The position numbers were made by a program, and so were the translations under genes. A stretch of DNA of 64,000 nt. It comes from Blastocystis sp. Blastoise (lineage: Eukaryota; Protista; Bigyra: Opalinata). Below, piece after piece: positions 1-14,822 of the stretch. Position 1 is the first letter of the stretch; the number at the start of each line of letters is the position of its first letter. Under the pieces are notes generated by a model. That model was not told the origin of the DNA. It ran no database searches and was given only the letters and a program-made list of their open reading frames with translations. The DNA lies in contig JBBPEB010000007.1 in NCBI GenBank assembly GCA_039096225.1, forward strand, positions 1,054,001 to 1,118,000. The letters run 5' to 3'.

Positions 1-3000
1 TACTATGAGAGCTGGTATTATTGTTTATCTTGATGGTGAAGAAATCTATAGAAATAATCTTGATGCTGATGCTGTTATTGCTTTTGATTCTGCTGCTACT
101 TCAGGTGTTGCTTCTACTGAAGCTTATGTATGGGGTGCTGTAACTGGTACTATGGCTAAAATGACTGTTGGTACTCATGTTTTTGCTATTGCTTATGTCA
201 ATAAAGCAGGTTATACTGCTATTGAAGCTGATTTCATTGGCAAACTTCATTTATTAGCTTCTTCTAATAAATCTAGTAGAACTAATTATATTGGTGTCTG
301 GGTAACTAATGAAGCTAATGCTGATGATGCTGCTCAATCTCATGTTTTTGATCATGATCATACTTCTCATTGGATTTCTACTGGTAGTACTTCTTCTCCT
401 GTTGAAGTTAGAGGTAGATTTAGTGCTAACAGATTAGAAACTATTAATAAATATTGTATTACTAAAGCTAGATATGGTAGTAATGCTGATCCTATGTCTT
501 TTAAGATAGTTGCTTCTAAATTTGTTACCTCTGTTTGGACTACTCTTGATGAACATAATGATATTGAATGGAATAATTATTCTGAAACTCGTTGTTTTAT
601 TATGCCTTTCCAAACTACTGCTTATTATCAATATAAGATTCAAATTACAAAGACTCCTTCTTTAAGTGGTGGTAAGATGACTGCTGCTATTGCTGAATGG
701 GAATGGTTTACTGTTGATTATACTAATTTTGTTGTACCTGAATTCGCTTATACTACTTCTTCTTATGTTGCTTATAAAGATATTTCTATGTCTAATAATA
801 ATCCTACTACTGAATATTTCAGAGATTTCACTATTACACCTGCTCTTCCTGCTGGTATTTCTCTTTCTGCTTCTACTGGTAAGATTGGTGGTATTCCAAC
901 TGCTGTTGCTCCTCAAACTACTTATACTATAACTGCTGTAAATGTTCAAAATGTTACTGTTTCTACTTCTGTTGTTCTTACTGTTGCTGAGTGTGTTTCT
1001 CCTCTTACTCCTCTTGTTCTTTCTTTTACTGGTATGAGTACTGGTAATACTCAAGAAGTTGGTTTTGCTCTTCTTGATGTTAGTGGTAACTATATCGTTC
1101 AAGTTCCTAGATTCTCTAATTGGCAAGGTGATATGACTTATTCTTTCTGTACTACTTCTTCTAAACATTATCTTGTTCTCTATGATCAAAAGAATGATGG
1201 TTGGAGTAATCAAAAAGTTGCTGTTTCTTTTGGTGGTGTTGCTGCTGGTTCTTATAGTTGTGGTAATGGTGAAGCTCCTAAGACTATTACTATTGCTCCT
1301 GGTTCTGGTCTTGAAATGGGTGCTGCTACTTGGAAATATACTTCTCCTTCTGAAGCTCCTGCTGCTGAATGGAAACTTGCTTCTTTTGATGATGCTGCTT
1401 GGTCTCAAGCTGTTAGTGGTTCTTTTACTGATTTAACTGCTACTACTGCTTATTATAGATATAAAATGACTATTACTAATCTTGGTGATTATAACTACTT
1501 TGAATTTACACTTAAACTTAAGGCTGGTTGTATTGCTTATATTAATAATAAAGAAATTTATAGATATAATCTTCCTGATACTGTAGATCATACTACTGCT
1601 GCTTCTGCTGCTTTTGATAATACTGTTTCTGTCATGAATAGTGGTTCTATTAATGAATATTTAATTGAAGGTATTAATATTATTGCTGTTGAAGTTCATA
1701 GATATGGTGAAACTCATGAAACTAATTTTGATGCTAGTTTATTATTATATTCTGCAACTACTAAACGTATGAATAATGCTGCTGTTAGTTCTGTTTATCA
1801 AGGTTATGATAGTGATGCTTGGCATGAAACTTATGAATATGCTTTTGATGGTAAGAGTTCAACTAAGTATAATTCTAATAATTGTGGTACAGATAATGCT
1901 TTTACTTATACTTATGATAATGGTGCTAGACAATATATTAGTAGATTTTTATTCTACAGAGCTAATATGGGAAATCGTATTCCTACTGTTTTCAGATTAA
2001 CTGCTTCTAATGATAATGGTGCTCATTGGGATGAACTTTATTATTCTAAGAGTGTTGTTTTATCTGGTAGTGCAAATACTGCTACTACTTTTGATTTCTA
2101 TAATGTCAAATCTTATAATATTTATAAATTTAATTTTTATAAAGAATCTGAATGTACTGAAGGTGTTGAGTGTTCTGAATTAGAATATTATACTACTTCT
2201 ATGAGTGTTGCCTCTGCTTGTTCACCTACTGATGAATATAGAGGTGCTATGTCTGGTGAAATTATTGAAGGTGTTTCTTGTACTACTGGCTATACTGGTA
2301 CTACTACTGTTAGTTGTAGTAATAATGTTTTTGTTGGTGATACTACTAGTTGTGTATTAGTTGCTCCTACTTCAATTGCTTATGAACAAGCTTCTTTTAT
2401 TAATGTTATTTATAAGTCTGTTGATATTACTCCTTCTTCTGTTATTGGTGCTGCTCTTACTTGGACTATTACACCTACTCTTCCTACTGGTATAACTCTT
2501 GATGCTACTACTGGTAAGATATCTGGTATTGCTTATGCTATTAGTGAATCTACTGCTTATACTGTTACTGCTACTAATAGTGAAGGTTCTGTTCAAACTA
2601 CTATTTCTTTATCTTTTATTGCTAATACTTGTGCTCAAGATAGTGAATGGCCTGTTACTAATGTTGGTGAATCTGCTAGATTAGATTGTCCTGATGCTTC
2701 TAATTATGAAGGTGAACGTACTCGTGGTTGTACTTTACAAGGTTGGACTGTTATCAGTAATACTTGTGCTCCTATTCCTGTTTCTATTGTTTATACTCCT
2801 TCTAGTATTTCAGCTAATCTTGGTAGTACTATTAATGTTACTCCTGCTCTTAAGGGTTATTATATTACATCTCTTACTATTAGTCCTCTTCTTCCTGCTG
2901 GTTTAACTTTTGATGCTACTACTGGTGCTATTAGTGGTTCTTATGCTACTTCTTATAATGTTGTTCATACCGTTACTGCTACTAATCAATTTGAATCTAA

Positions 3001-5530
3001 GAGTGCTACTGTTACGATTATCTTTGATAATACTATTTGTCAATCTGATTCTGAATGGCCTGCTACTAATGCTGGTCAAACTGCTGTTAAAGAATGCCCT
3101 GATATAATTAATTATGATGGTCAAATTACTCGTGTTTGTAATAGTAATGCTCAATGGGAAACTGCTCAAAATTCTTGTACTCTTAAACTTCCTACAATTA
3201 CTTATACTACTAGTGTTCTTTCTGGTTATGTTAATTTTGATATTGTACCTATTAGTGCTACTATTACTGGTCTTCAAATATCTTCTATTAGTGCTTCTCC
3301 TGCTCTTCCTACTGGTTTAACTCTTGATACTACTACTGGTGCTATTTCTGGTAAGGCTACTGTTGCTGATACTCAAGTTCATACTATTTCTATTACTAAT
3401 CCTACTGGTACTTCTTCTTTTGCTCTTACTCTTAATATTGTTACAGTATATTGTGCTGCTGGTAATAACTGGCCTCAAACTGAAGCTGGCCAAACTGCTA
3501 CTATTGGCTGTGCTGAAGGTTATAATGGTTCTCAAACTAGATTATGTAAGATGGATGCTAATGGTATTTGGGATACTGTTAATAATCAATGTGCTGTTAT
3601 TGCTCCTACTATTAGTTATTCTACTAATACTATTAATGCTGTTAAGAAGGTAGCTATTACTACTATTACTCCTACTATTACTGGTCTTGAACTTGAACCT
3701 CTTACTATTTCTCCTAGTCTTCCTGCTGGTTTAGATTTCAATACTATTACTGGTGCTATTTCTGGTACTGCTACTGAAGGAAAAGATGCTACTCAGTATA
3801 CTATTTCTGCTACTAATCCTACTGCTACTGCTACTGCTACTATTACTATAACTGTTGTTGTATTAAAATGTAATGCTGAAAATGGTTGGTCTGAAACTGA
3901 AGCTGGTGAAACTGCTACTAAATATTGTGATCAATATTATACTGGTACTATTACTCGTTTATGTAATTTAGGTGCTACACCTTCATGGGCTGCTGAAGTT
4001 AATACTTGTGTTATGAATGCTCCTACTGTAGTTTATCCTTCTAATACTATTGTTGGCTATAAGAATTTCTTATTAACTACTGCTACTCCTGCTGTTACTG
4101 GTGCTAGTCTTACTCCTTTCACTATTACTCCTGCTGTTTCTAATGGTCTTTCCTTTAATACTGCTACTGGTGCTATTACTGGTACTCCTACTCAAGAATT
4201 TACTCAAACTTATGCTGTTCATGTATCAAATGCTGCTGGTGTTATAGATATTACTTTACAAGTTATTATTTCTACTATTACTTGTCCTCAAAGTGGTTCT
4301 TGGCCTATGACTGAAGCTGGTGAAACTGCTGAACTTCCTTGTGCTGATTATTATACTGGTTCTCAAACTCGTCAATGTATTCTTTCTGTTAATGGTATTT
4401 GGGGATCTGTTGTTGATAATTGTATATTAAATGCTCCTACTATTTCTTATTCTGCTAATAATTATACTATTACTACTTATGATGCTATGGAACCTATTAC
4501 TCCTACTATTCTTGGTGATCAAATCTTATCTGTTACTATTACTCCTAATCTTCCTGCTGGTATGACGCTTGATAGTTTCTATGGTACTATTTCTGGTACT
4601 CCTATTGCTGCTAGTAGTGTTACTTATACTGTTAAAGTAGAAAATAGTGCTGGTTCTGGTACTTTTGAAGTATTATTAAATATTATTAATGTTGAATGTC
4701 CTAGTGAAGGTGAATGGCCTAGTACTCCTAGACGTTCTTCTGCTTATATTCAATGTAGTGGTCAAACTGGTGTTGCTTCTCGTGCTTGTAATTTTGTTAC
4801 TGGTGCTACTGGTTCTAGTGCTGCTTGGCAAACTGAAGATAGATCTGGTTGTATGGCTATTGGTAACTTTGATCAACCTGGATCTGGTAATGTATATCTT
4901 CGTATTCCTTATATTCTTTATGGTGTTAGTTCTACTCAAATGAAAACTTTAGCTTCTCAAGAATTATTTAGACAATCTGTTCTTTCTAATCTTAAAGAAC
5001 AATATAATATTGAATCTAGTTCTATTGTTATTGAAAGTATTGCTGATTATACTACTGTTGCTACTTATCAAACTGCTGCTGTTGTAAATACTAGAGTTCT
5101 TGTTCCTTCTGATAAAGAAGCTGAAATTCGTGCACATATTGCTGATGATGCTACTCGTTATAATGGTCTTGTTTCTAGATTAGTAGGTACTAATGATGTT
5201 AATCTTAGACAAATCACTTCTGCTTCTGTTGATGCTGATAGTATTGCTGTACAACAAAATGGTTTAACTCTTACTATGATTATTATTATTGTAGTAGTAG
5301 TTGTTGTTGTAATCATTGTCATTGTTATCATTTTAGTTGTTGTCCTTTGTAAGAAGGGTGATAAGAAACCTAAGATTAAGGCTCATAAACCTGCTGCTAG
5401 TGCTGGTAAGAAGGCTACTGCTGCTCCTGCTGTCTCTGCTCCTCCTGCTCCTACTCCAGTTGTAGCTGCTGCTCCTACTCCTGCTGCTCCTGCTCCTGCT
5501 GAAGCCCCTAAAGCTGAAGCTCAAGTCTAA
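1..5530 (+). CDS. Large intronless type I membrane (surface) protein, 5'-truncated by the window: galactose-binding/F5-8C-like beta-sandwich domains, then alternating He_PIG (putative Ig) and Cys-rich HormR-like modules, TM helix, Pro/Ala-rich tail
   Basis: 1841-aa ORF whose frame is open at the window start. It has 7 He_PIG-type repeats (e.g. ITPALPAGISLSASTGKIGG, ISPLLPAGLTFDATTGAISG), 6 clear C..xWPxTxxG..C..G..R.C..W..C modules, a hydrophobic TM (MIIIIVVVVVVVIIVIVIILVVVLC) followed by KK, and strong T-ending codon bias. Confidence 0.85.
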   Translation, partial: TMRAGIIVYLDGEEIYRNNLDADAVIAFDSAATSGVASTEAYVWGAVTGTMAKMTVGTHVFAIAYVNKAGYTAIEADFIGKLHLLASSNKSSRTNYIGVWVTNEANADDAAQSHVFDHDHTSHWISTGSTSSPVEVRGRFSANRLETINKYCITKARYGSNADPMSFKIVASKFVTSVWTTLDEHNDIEWNNYSETRCFIMPFQTTAYYQYKIQITKTPSLSGGKMTAAIAEWEWFTVDYTNFVVPEFAYTTSSYVAYKDISMSNNNPTTEYFRDFTITPALPAGISLSASTGKIGGIPTAVAPQTTYTITAVNVQNVTVSTSVVLTVAECVSPLTPLVLSFTGMSTGNTQEVGFALLDVSGNYIVQVPRFSNWQGDMTYSFCTTSSKHYLVLYDQKNDGWSNQKVAVSFGGVAAGSYSCGNGEAPKTITIAPGSGLEMGAATWKYTSPSEAPAAEWKLASFDDAAWSQAVSGSFTDLTATTAYYRYKMTITNLGDYNYFEFTLKLKAGCIAYINNKEIYRYNLPDTVDHTTAASAAFDNTVSVMNSGSINEYLIEGINIIAVEVHRYGETHETNFDASLLLYSATTKRMNNAAVSSVYQGYDSDAWHETYEYAFDGKSSTKYNSNNCGTDNAFTYTYDNGARQYISRFLFYRANMGNRIPTVFRLTASNDNGAHWDELYYSKSVVLSGSANTATTFDFYNVKSYNIYKFNFYKESECTEGVECSELEYYTTSMSVASACSPTDEYRGAMSGEIIEGVSCTTGYTGTTTVSCSNNVFVGDTTSCVLVAPTSIAYEQASFINVIYKSVDITPSSVIGAALTWTITPTLPTGITLDATTGKISGIAYAISESTAYTVTATNSEGSVQTTISLSFIANTCAQDSEWPVTNVGESARLDCPDASNYEGERTRGCTLQGWTVISNTCAPIPVSIVYTPSSISANLGSTINVTPALKGYYITSLTISPLLPAGLTFDATTGAISGSYATSYNVVHTVTATNQFESKSATVTIIFDNTICQSDSEWPATNAGQTAVKECPDIINYDGQITRVCNSNAQWETAQNSCTLKLPTITYTTSVLSGYVNFDIVPISATITGLQISSISASPALPTGLTLDTTTGAISGKATVADTQVHTISITNPTGTSSFALTLNIVTVYCAAGNNWPQTEAGQTATIGCAEGYNGSQTRLCKMDANGIWDTVNNQCAVIAPTISYSTNTINAVKKVAITTITPTITGLELEPLTISPSLPAGLDFNTITGAISGTATEGKDATQYTISATNPTATATATITITVVVLKCNAENGWSETEAGETATKYCDQYYTGTITRLCNLGATPSWAAEVNTCVMNAPTVVYPSNTIVGYKNFLLTTATPAVTGASLTPFTITPAVSNGLSFNTATGAITGTPTQEFTQTYAVHVSNAAGVIDITLQVIISTITCPQSGSWPMTEAGETAELPCADYYTGSQTRQCILSVNGIWGSVVDNCILNAPTISYSANNYTITTYDAMEPITPTILGDQILSVTITPNLPAGMTLDSFYGTISGTPIAASSVTYTVKVENSAGSGTFEVLLNIINVECPSEGEWPSTPRRSSAYIQCSGQTGVASRACNFVTGATGSSAAWQTEDRSGCMAIGNFDQPGSGNVYLRIPYILYGVSSTQMKTLASQELFRQSVLSNLKEQYNIESSSIVIESIADYTTVATYQTAAVVNTRVLVPSDKEAEIRAHIADDATRYNGLVSRLVGTNDVNLRQITSASVDADSIAVQQNGLTLTMIIIIVVVVVVVIIVIVIILVVVLCKKGDKKPKIKAHKPAASAGKKATAAPAVSAPPAPTPVVAAAPTPAAPAPAEAPKAEAQV

Positions 5531-5937
5531 GCTTTTAGTATTATTAATTCTACATTATAAATATATATATATGCTTTTTCTTTTGAATTTGTTTTTTTAA
5601 ATAATTTTAACTAACAATCTCTTTCGTTTTCTTTACTTTGAATCATAGACAATTAAATATTTTTAAATATTTTTATTTATTAAAAAAAAATTGAATATTT
5701 TTCTTGTTCTTAATTAGTATAATTTTAATAATTATTTGTTTTGTTAAACATGCTTTTTTATATATAATTTTACTTTCTTAAAAAAATAATAATATTGTTG
5801 TTTGAAATATAATTTACTTATTATCACAATTAAATGATCACAATACAAATACTATTGAGATTTTGATTTTAAAAAAATATCGAACAAAACATAACACTAA
5901 TATGAAGCAACCACATTATCCCTTAGAAACAGTAAAT

Positions 5938-7004
5938 TTAATTAAGACCACCACCTAAGTGAAGACGTTTGGAAGCGATTTGTTTCTTGGTGAAACGACG
6001 AAGAACGGGCTCAGATAAAGATTTAATTTATTAGTTTATATATATATATTGTATTTAAAGAAATATTTTACAATAAGTAATAATATAATTAAAATAAAAA
6101 AAATAAATACAGTCTTGGAACGAGCAACAGTTTCAGCCTTTTCAGAAGCAATGATTTCAATGTGAGCAGGATGACTGAGGTAAGGTATAAAAAAAAGAGA
6201 AAAAAAAAGATATTTGTTGATAAATTGATGTTAGTTTGTATTTGAATTGTTATATAAGGTAGAATAATATGTTTTATTATATTGGAAATAATAATAATAA
6301 TAATATATGTAATAAAAATAATTAAAAAAAAAAAAAAAAAATCAAAATCATATAAATAAGCACAAAATAATGAAAACATACGTCCAATACGACCGTGAGC
6401 ACGGTAAGTACGTCTGTGACCACAAGGAGCATGGTTAGCTTGAGAGTGAGAAATGTAGAGCTTAGCAGCATCTAATTCCTTAGCTTCACCGTTAGCTTGG
6501 AGGTTGTCGAGAAGGACAAGGAAGAAACGGCAAGCCTTTTCGGGCCAAGCACATTGGCTACCAGACTTAAGGTTCTTACCTTGAGCATGACGACCAATAC
6601 CACCGTTGTGTTGAGTGAAAGCAACAGCGGATTTGTGAGCAATAACATCTTGTAAATACTTCTTAGCATCAAGAAGACTCTTGCCCATAATAGCCTTAGC
6701 TACAGCTTGACAGGGTTTGTAGTGAACACGAAGATAAGAACCACGAGCCATACAACCTAAAATAAAAATAGATACATATATATAAACATTTATTTAATTC
6801 TTAAAAAAAATACTCTTCTTGGTATCTACGGGAGTAGAACTATATAAAATTTGGAATAATTAAAAATATTAAAATAGTTTATGTGATTAAAAAAGGTGAA
6901 TAAGACAAAATCATGTCATGAATCAGTCTTATATAAAAAGTTTATATAATTAAGAAGATAAAGTGACGAGGAATATGATGATCAACATACCTATATTTAG
7001 CCAT
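5938..7004 (-). CDS. RPL17: 60S ribosomal protein L17 (uL22), 5 exons
   Basis: Exons 7004-6991, 6839-6814, ~6756-6382, 6184-6111 and 6009-5938 give MAKYSSTPVDTKKSCMARGSYLRVHYK...WPEKACRF...[23 protein letters not shown]...RFTKKQIASKRLHLGGGLN*. Confidence 0.97.
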
Positions 7005-7992
7005 TTTCTATTCTGATAGGAAATAAGGTTGCAAATACTTATATTAAAGAGGAAAAGGAAGGGTTGTGAAGAATGGATGATCAGTTCCAATTTTTTTCTG
7101 GTTTTAATTCCTGTAGTAAATCTGTGGTTCTCAATAAAAAAGAAGAATTATTATTGCTATGCTATCTGTAAAGTGATTATTTCGATTACATAGACTTTCT
7201 TGATGACTATACAGTTTTTAAGGTCCTTTAAATTTTTATTATCTCTAATATCTGAAAAACAGTACCAATAATCCGATATTTTTATGATTATTTATGGCCT
7301 TCTCAATTTTTATGGGCCTATATACATATTTCTAAGAATAACCTGGATTATTTTAGGTTTTAATGTTTTTCTTATTTTAACTTGTTTATACATGGTAGTG
7401 AGTATGGGGATGAATTAATTTTGTATAGCTATTATGCTGAAGTATTCCAAAATAATATTTTAGAAAAATATGTCAAATGTCTTGGATTTCAAATTGTTTC
7501 TATAGTAATAAAAATGAATACTATATACAAGTAAAACAAGTCTCAAATGATGAAATGTTCATTATTATATCTTTATCAGTGATATATATGTATTTTTTTA
7601 TGTTTCTGTATAGAATTAATATTAAATATTAGTTTAATGATGTATGTATGATAATAGTTGGGATGAGAGATGATAAATTTTGATAGTTTTTTCTATATAG
7701 AATAAGTTTTGAATTCTTGAAATACATTTATTTTTGTAATAGCGTTTATCCTGTTTCATTGGGTTAATTTTTATTATATATATGTTATATAAAGTAATTT
7801 GACAACAATAAACTGTATTCTATTAATTTGGATTCATATTTGAAAAAAGTTTGAATAGTAGAGAGTATAATATATAATTGATAGACTCAATAATATAATA
7901 TTTAATACTATAAAAAAATGATGATAATAGCAAACAAAACAGAATAAATGATATCTTAAATATATGAAAATAAAAGAAATATATATATTTTA

Positions 7993-10441
<2,449 letters not shown>

Positions 10442-11539
10442 AGTATCGCTTTATATATTATAGATTAATTTTGTATGAAATAATAAAAAAAAGGAATTAA
10501 TGGAATAGTAAAGAAGTTGTTGACCAAAAAATGCTTAAAAAGTCATTTATTTTTCTTATGATTATATTATGAAATCAATATAATTTTTGAATAAATTGTC
10601 TTGCTAATAAGTGATTCAAATATAATTCTTACGTATATAGAGAAAATAGGGTCTATAAAGTAAGTGATTGTGGTCAATCATTTTTAGATTCTTCTTATTT
10701 TTGTACATATAGATGACTTTTCATAGTGTTAACATGTCAAGAATAAAACTTTATTTTTTTCGCTATCAGTATTCTTAATTTGAATTCTCATCTAGGAGTA
10801 TTATTACAAATTCTATATATATATGCATAGAAGAACACAGTGATGATCAGATGTCAACACTTCTTTTTGATTTGCTTTAAAAAATATGAAAAAAACGCTT
10901 ACATTGTTGATAATTTATAAAGTTTATATTTTATTCTTGTCTAAAAATAAAAATTCATTATCCTCAGAAACTATTAAATAAGGAAAAAATAAGTCATCTT
11001 GAACGTATTTATTAAAATATTTTTTTTAAATTCAAATCTAAAGTGATTTAGAAATATATTAATATGTTTTACTATATTCAAATAATACTAGATCTTATTA
11101 AACTGTCTTAGTATCATAAACACTCATTTGTCTTTCATTATTCTTTTTTTAGAATTAATTACGTTGAAAACATGTAGTATATTTTAGGAATATGAGTCTT
11201 CCTTTATTTATTCGTTATTTATTAAGAATTATTTTTTTAAATAAAAGGAATGATAAATAAATGAAAAAAATAATATTAGTGTTTCAATAAAGAGGTTTTT
11301 TTTAACTTACGTTTTCAGTTTTGAAATCAGTGATTCCTACGGGAAACATAAAAATATGACCGAGTTTTTTGATATCCTCATAAAATTATCAGGATAATAT
11401 TTTTTCAACTATTTTCAGATAATCACCAATAATGTTAGTTTCCTGATAATTCAATAATCGCCATAATTCTTCAGTATATCTTAGTTTATCAAATAATTTA
11501 TATTTAGATCTAAGAAATTTTCAGGAAAAGTGAAGAAAT

Positions 11540-13752
11540 ATGGATATGAATCCTCAGAGAATCGACAACATCGAGTCGATGAAAAAGGTTAGTGAGACAA
11601 TTACTACCTTAAGACAAATATTCAATTCATGTATGGATCAGATATTTGCAGAAACTCAGAATATCTTCATATTTCTAGAAGATTGTTCAAAATGTTTGAA
11701 TCAACAAGTTGAAAGGATGTCCTTACCTGAATATGGAAATTTCACAGATACATATACTCCTTATACGATTATTCACGATATTAATCCAGGTTATGGTACG
11801 TTTTTCTTTACAGAAAATAAAGGTCGTTATCCTATTAAGTCTACTATTTTAGATTTATTTCCTGATTCTTATTTATCTGAATTATATCATGATCCTACAA
11901 GTCGTAATGAGAATGGATGTATTTATGTTGATCATAGTGAAAAGTTATTTACTTATATATCTCATTTTATGAAAGGAAAACCATTATTATATTCATCCTT
12001 AGATGATTCATTATTTAAAAATTTAGATTATGAATTTAAATATTATAATTTACCTGTTCCTGGAGAGATTGAAGAATATATGGAGCCTATTCATAAACAA
12101 CGTTTATGGAAATCTTCTGTGATTCCAATAAGAATTAATAATAAATATTATAATATATCAAAAGCTGATTTGAAATCTCATTATTTATATAATACCTATT
12201 TTGATAAAGAAATAGATTCAGGATTATTATACGATCAAAAGAACGATGCTTTAATATTCCCAAGAACAGATATTTATTATTTTGATTATATATATAGTGT
12301 TATTATAGGATGTATGGATAAATTTAATGAGTTTAATAATAAGATCATTGATTTAGATAAATTAAAAGAAGAATTTGAGTATTTTAATATACCTCTTCCT
12401 TCTTATATAAAGACATTAGAAGATTATCAGAAAGCTTTATGTATATGGAAAAGTAATAGTATAAAAGTTAAGATAGGAAAGAAGATATATATAATAAGTC
12501 GTTCGAAATTAGCGTCTCGTGGTTTAGTATCATGCTATTTTAATAAAGAATTTGATAAACATATATTATATTCAGAAAAAACAAATTCATTAATACTTCC
12601 AGGTCGTAGTCAATTTTTTAAATATATATATGATTATATTCAAACAGGTGTTATAGCAATAGATTCAAAAGATCGGCCATTTATTGATGATATTCGAAAT
12701 GAATTCGATTCTTTTTCTATTAATCTCTCTCAAGATATATGGAATAAATTTGTTGCTTTAATTTATTATTTTTCTGAATCTATATTATTAAATGATCAAT
12801 ATGCATATATAGTATCACAATGGGTAGGATATAAACGATGGATATTATTATATAGGTATTTTTTATTATGATGATATTTATCTTATATAAAATTTAATTT
12901 ATGATATTTTATTGTATTTATTTTATTTAATTATTTTAATGATTATGTATTTATATATTTGTTGATAATAAATAATTAGTTAATTAGTTTTTTTGTATTA
13001 TATAGAGGAAGTCGAGATGGATTTGATGCTGAAGAATTTCATGGGAAATGTGATAATAAAGGAGAAACTATCGTTATTATCAAGGTTATTAATAAACAAG
13101 GTATTCCATGTCTTTTCGGTGGATATACATCAATTTCATGGACATCATCAGAATGTATATATATATTATTATAGTTATTATTATATAGCTATAGTTATAG
13201 TTATAATAATAATAATAAAGATAATAATAAAGATAATAATAATAATAATTATTATTATAATTTAGAATATATGTCATTTATATTATATCAGTAAATGATA
13301 TATACTTGAATATTTTCTTTATATATTATTAATATTAATTACTTGATATTATCTATGTTATATAAATTCTATATCTTACAATACTTATAATCTATAAAAA
13401 GATATTATTAATAAATATATATTCAGATTGTAAGCTTGTACGGGATAACAAAGCATTTCTTTTTACATTACAGAACCCTCACAAGATCCCTCCTCAGCGA
13501 TTTGAATCCAAGCCTGAAGGTAATAATATTAGTCATAGTTTCTTTTGTGGCCCTATTTTTGGTGGTAATGGTATTGATGATATATGTATATATGCAAATA
13601 GTAATAAAGATAGAGGAGGATGGACAAAATTTAGTGAAGATGGAGCTTATATGAATACTACTGGAAAAGGAAAAAGTCTTTTTGTTAATAATGATAAAGC
13701 AACAGAAACAAACTGGTTCAAAGTCAATGATATCGAAGTATTTGGTGTCTAA
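11540..13752 (+). CDS. KCTD-type BTB-repeat protein with C-terminal TLDc domain, 3 exons
   Basis: BTB-like segments (TILDLFPDSYLSEL...IYVDHSEKLFTYISHFMKG; two more degenerate copies). TLDc motifs WILLY|RGSRDGFDAEEFHGKCDNKGETIVIIK..LFGGYT..W, AFLFTL, GPIFGG, DIEVFGV*. Confidence 0.88.
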
Positions 13753-14822
13753 TTGATCTTTTTATTCTTATATATATATTCATTTTTTTATAAATCATAT
13801 TTATTTAATAGTTGAAGCTGCATACGTTTTTTAATCTTATATATATATATATATTATTTTTATATTTTTTTTATATTCCATATTTTTTGTAGGTATTTAT
13901 TTATTTGTTTTATGTAACATCATGTTTCTACTTATTATTCTCTATTTTCAGCTATACATTATAATATGCTTTTATTATAAATATATATTATTCTTAACTA
14001 TATTTCATAAATATTTGTATCTTTTAAAACTCTATAAATATATATGAGTATTTTTTATCATTTCTTCTTCTATTTCTTTTGCTATTCATGTTTATAGCAT
14101 CTTAGTTTATTCTCAGTTTTTCACATAATAATAATTGATGTTTGGGAGTAGTTTTTCTTATATATATACATTTTTTTTTGTTCAGTTGTCGACATTTTTT
14201 CATTTCTATAAATAATGGAATAAATGCTAAATAATCAATAATTGTATATAAAACATATTAAATGAGTATACCTATCATCATTCATAAAGATACACATATA
14301 TAATGAATAAAAATGAATGTTTTGAGCAACTGAAAATAAACATGTTGTTTCCATCACATAATTGGTTGCCATATATATTTCCCGATTGTTTAAAAATATA
14401 TTAAATATAGTTCTTATTATTCTTGAAGGCCAACAACTGAAAATAAAGTATTTAATTTGATCACTATTCATTCTTTTTCTTCTGATAAACTTGTGAATAA
14501 TATAGCCAATATTAAAATGTATTTTAACGACAGTAACGATAATTACAGAGTAGTTTTATCACAAAAATATTCTTCGTATACTCCAACAACGCAATATGGT
14601 TCTTTTGTAATTCTCTATAAGACATATCACAATGTCTAAACAAAAAAAATATTAAAAAATATATGAATCTCTTAATACTCATAGAGTACTACAAAACAAA
14701 AAATTACATTTGTTTCAAATTTATTTTTCATTTCGTTATCTTATCTTGTTCTTTTTCTTACATTTGCTTTCAAATAATATATTGTACGAAACAAGTCAGT
14801 AGTAGTATATCAGTTATTCGGC

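Noticed and set aside
434-5524. Many overlapping antisense and alternative-frame ORFs within gene 1
   Set aside because: Shadows of the strong NNT codon bias. The translations are Leu/Ser/Ile low-complexity with no domain signal.
7200-7256. Box C/D-like pair (TGATGA...CTGA) upstream of RPL17
   Set aside because: Imperfect box C, weak terminal stem and no recognisable rRNA guide. Expected by chance in AT-rich DNA.
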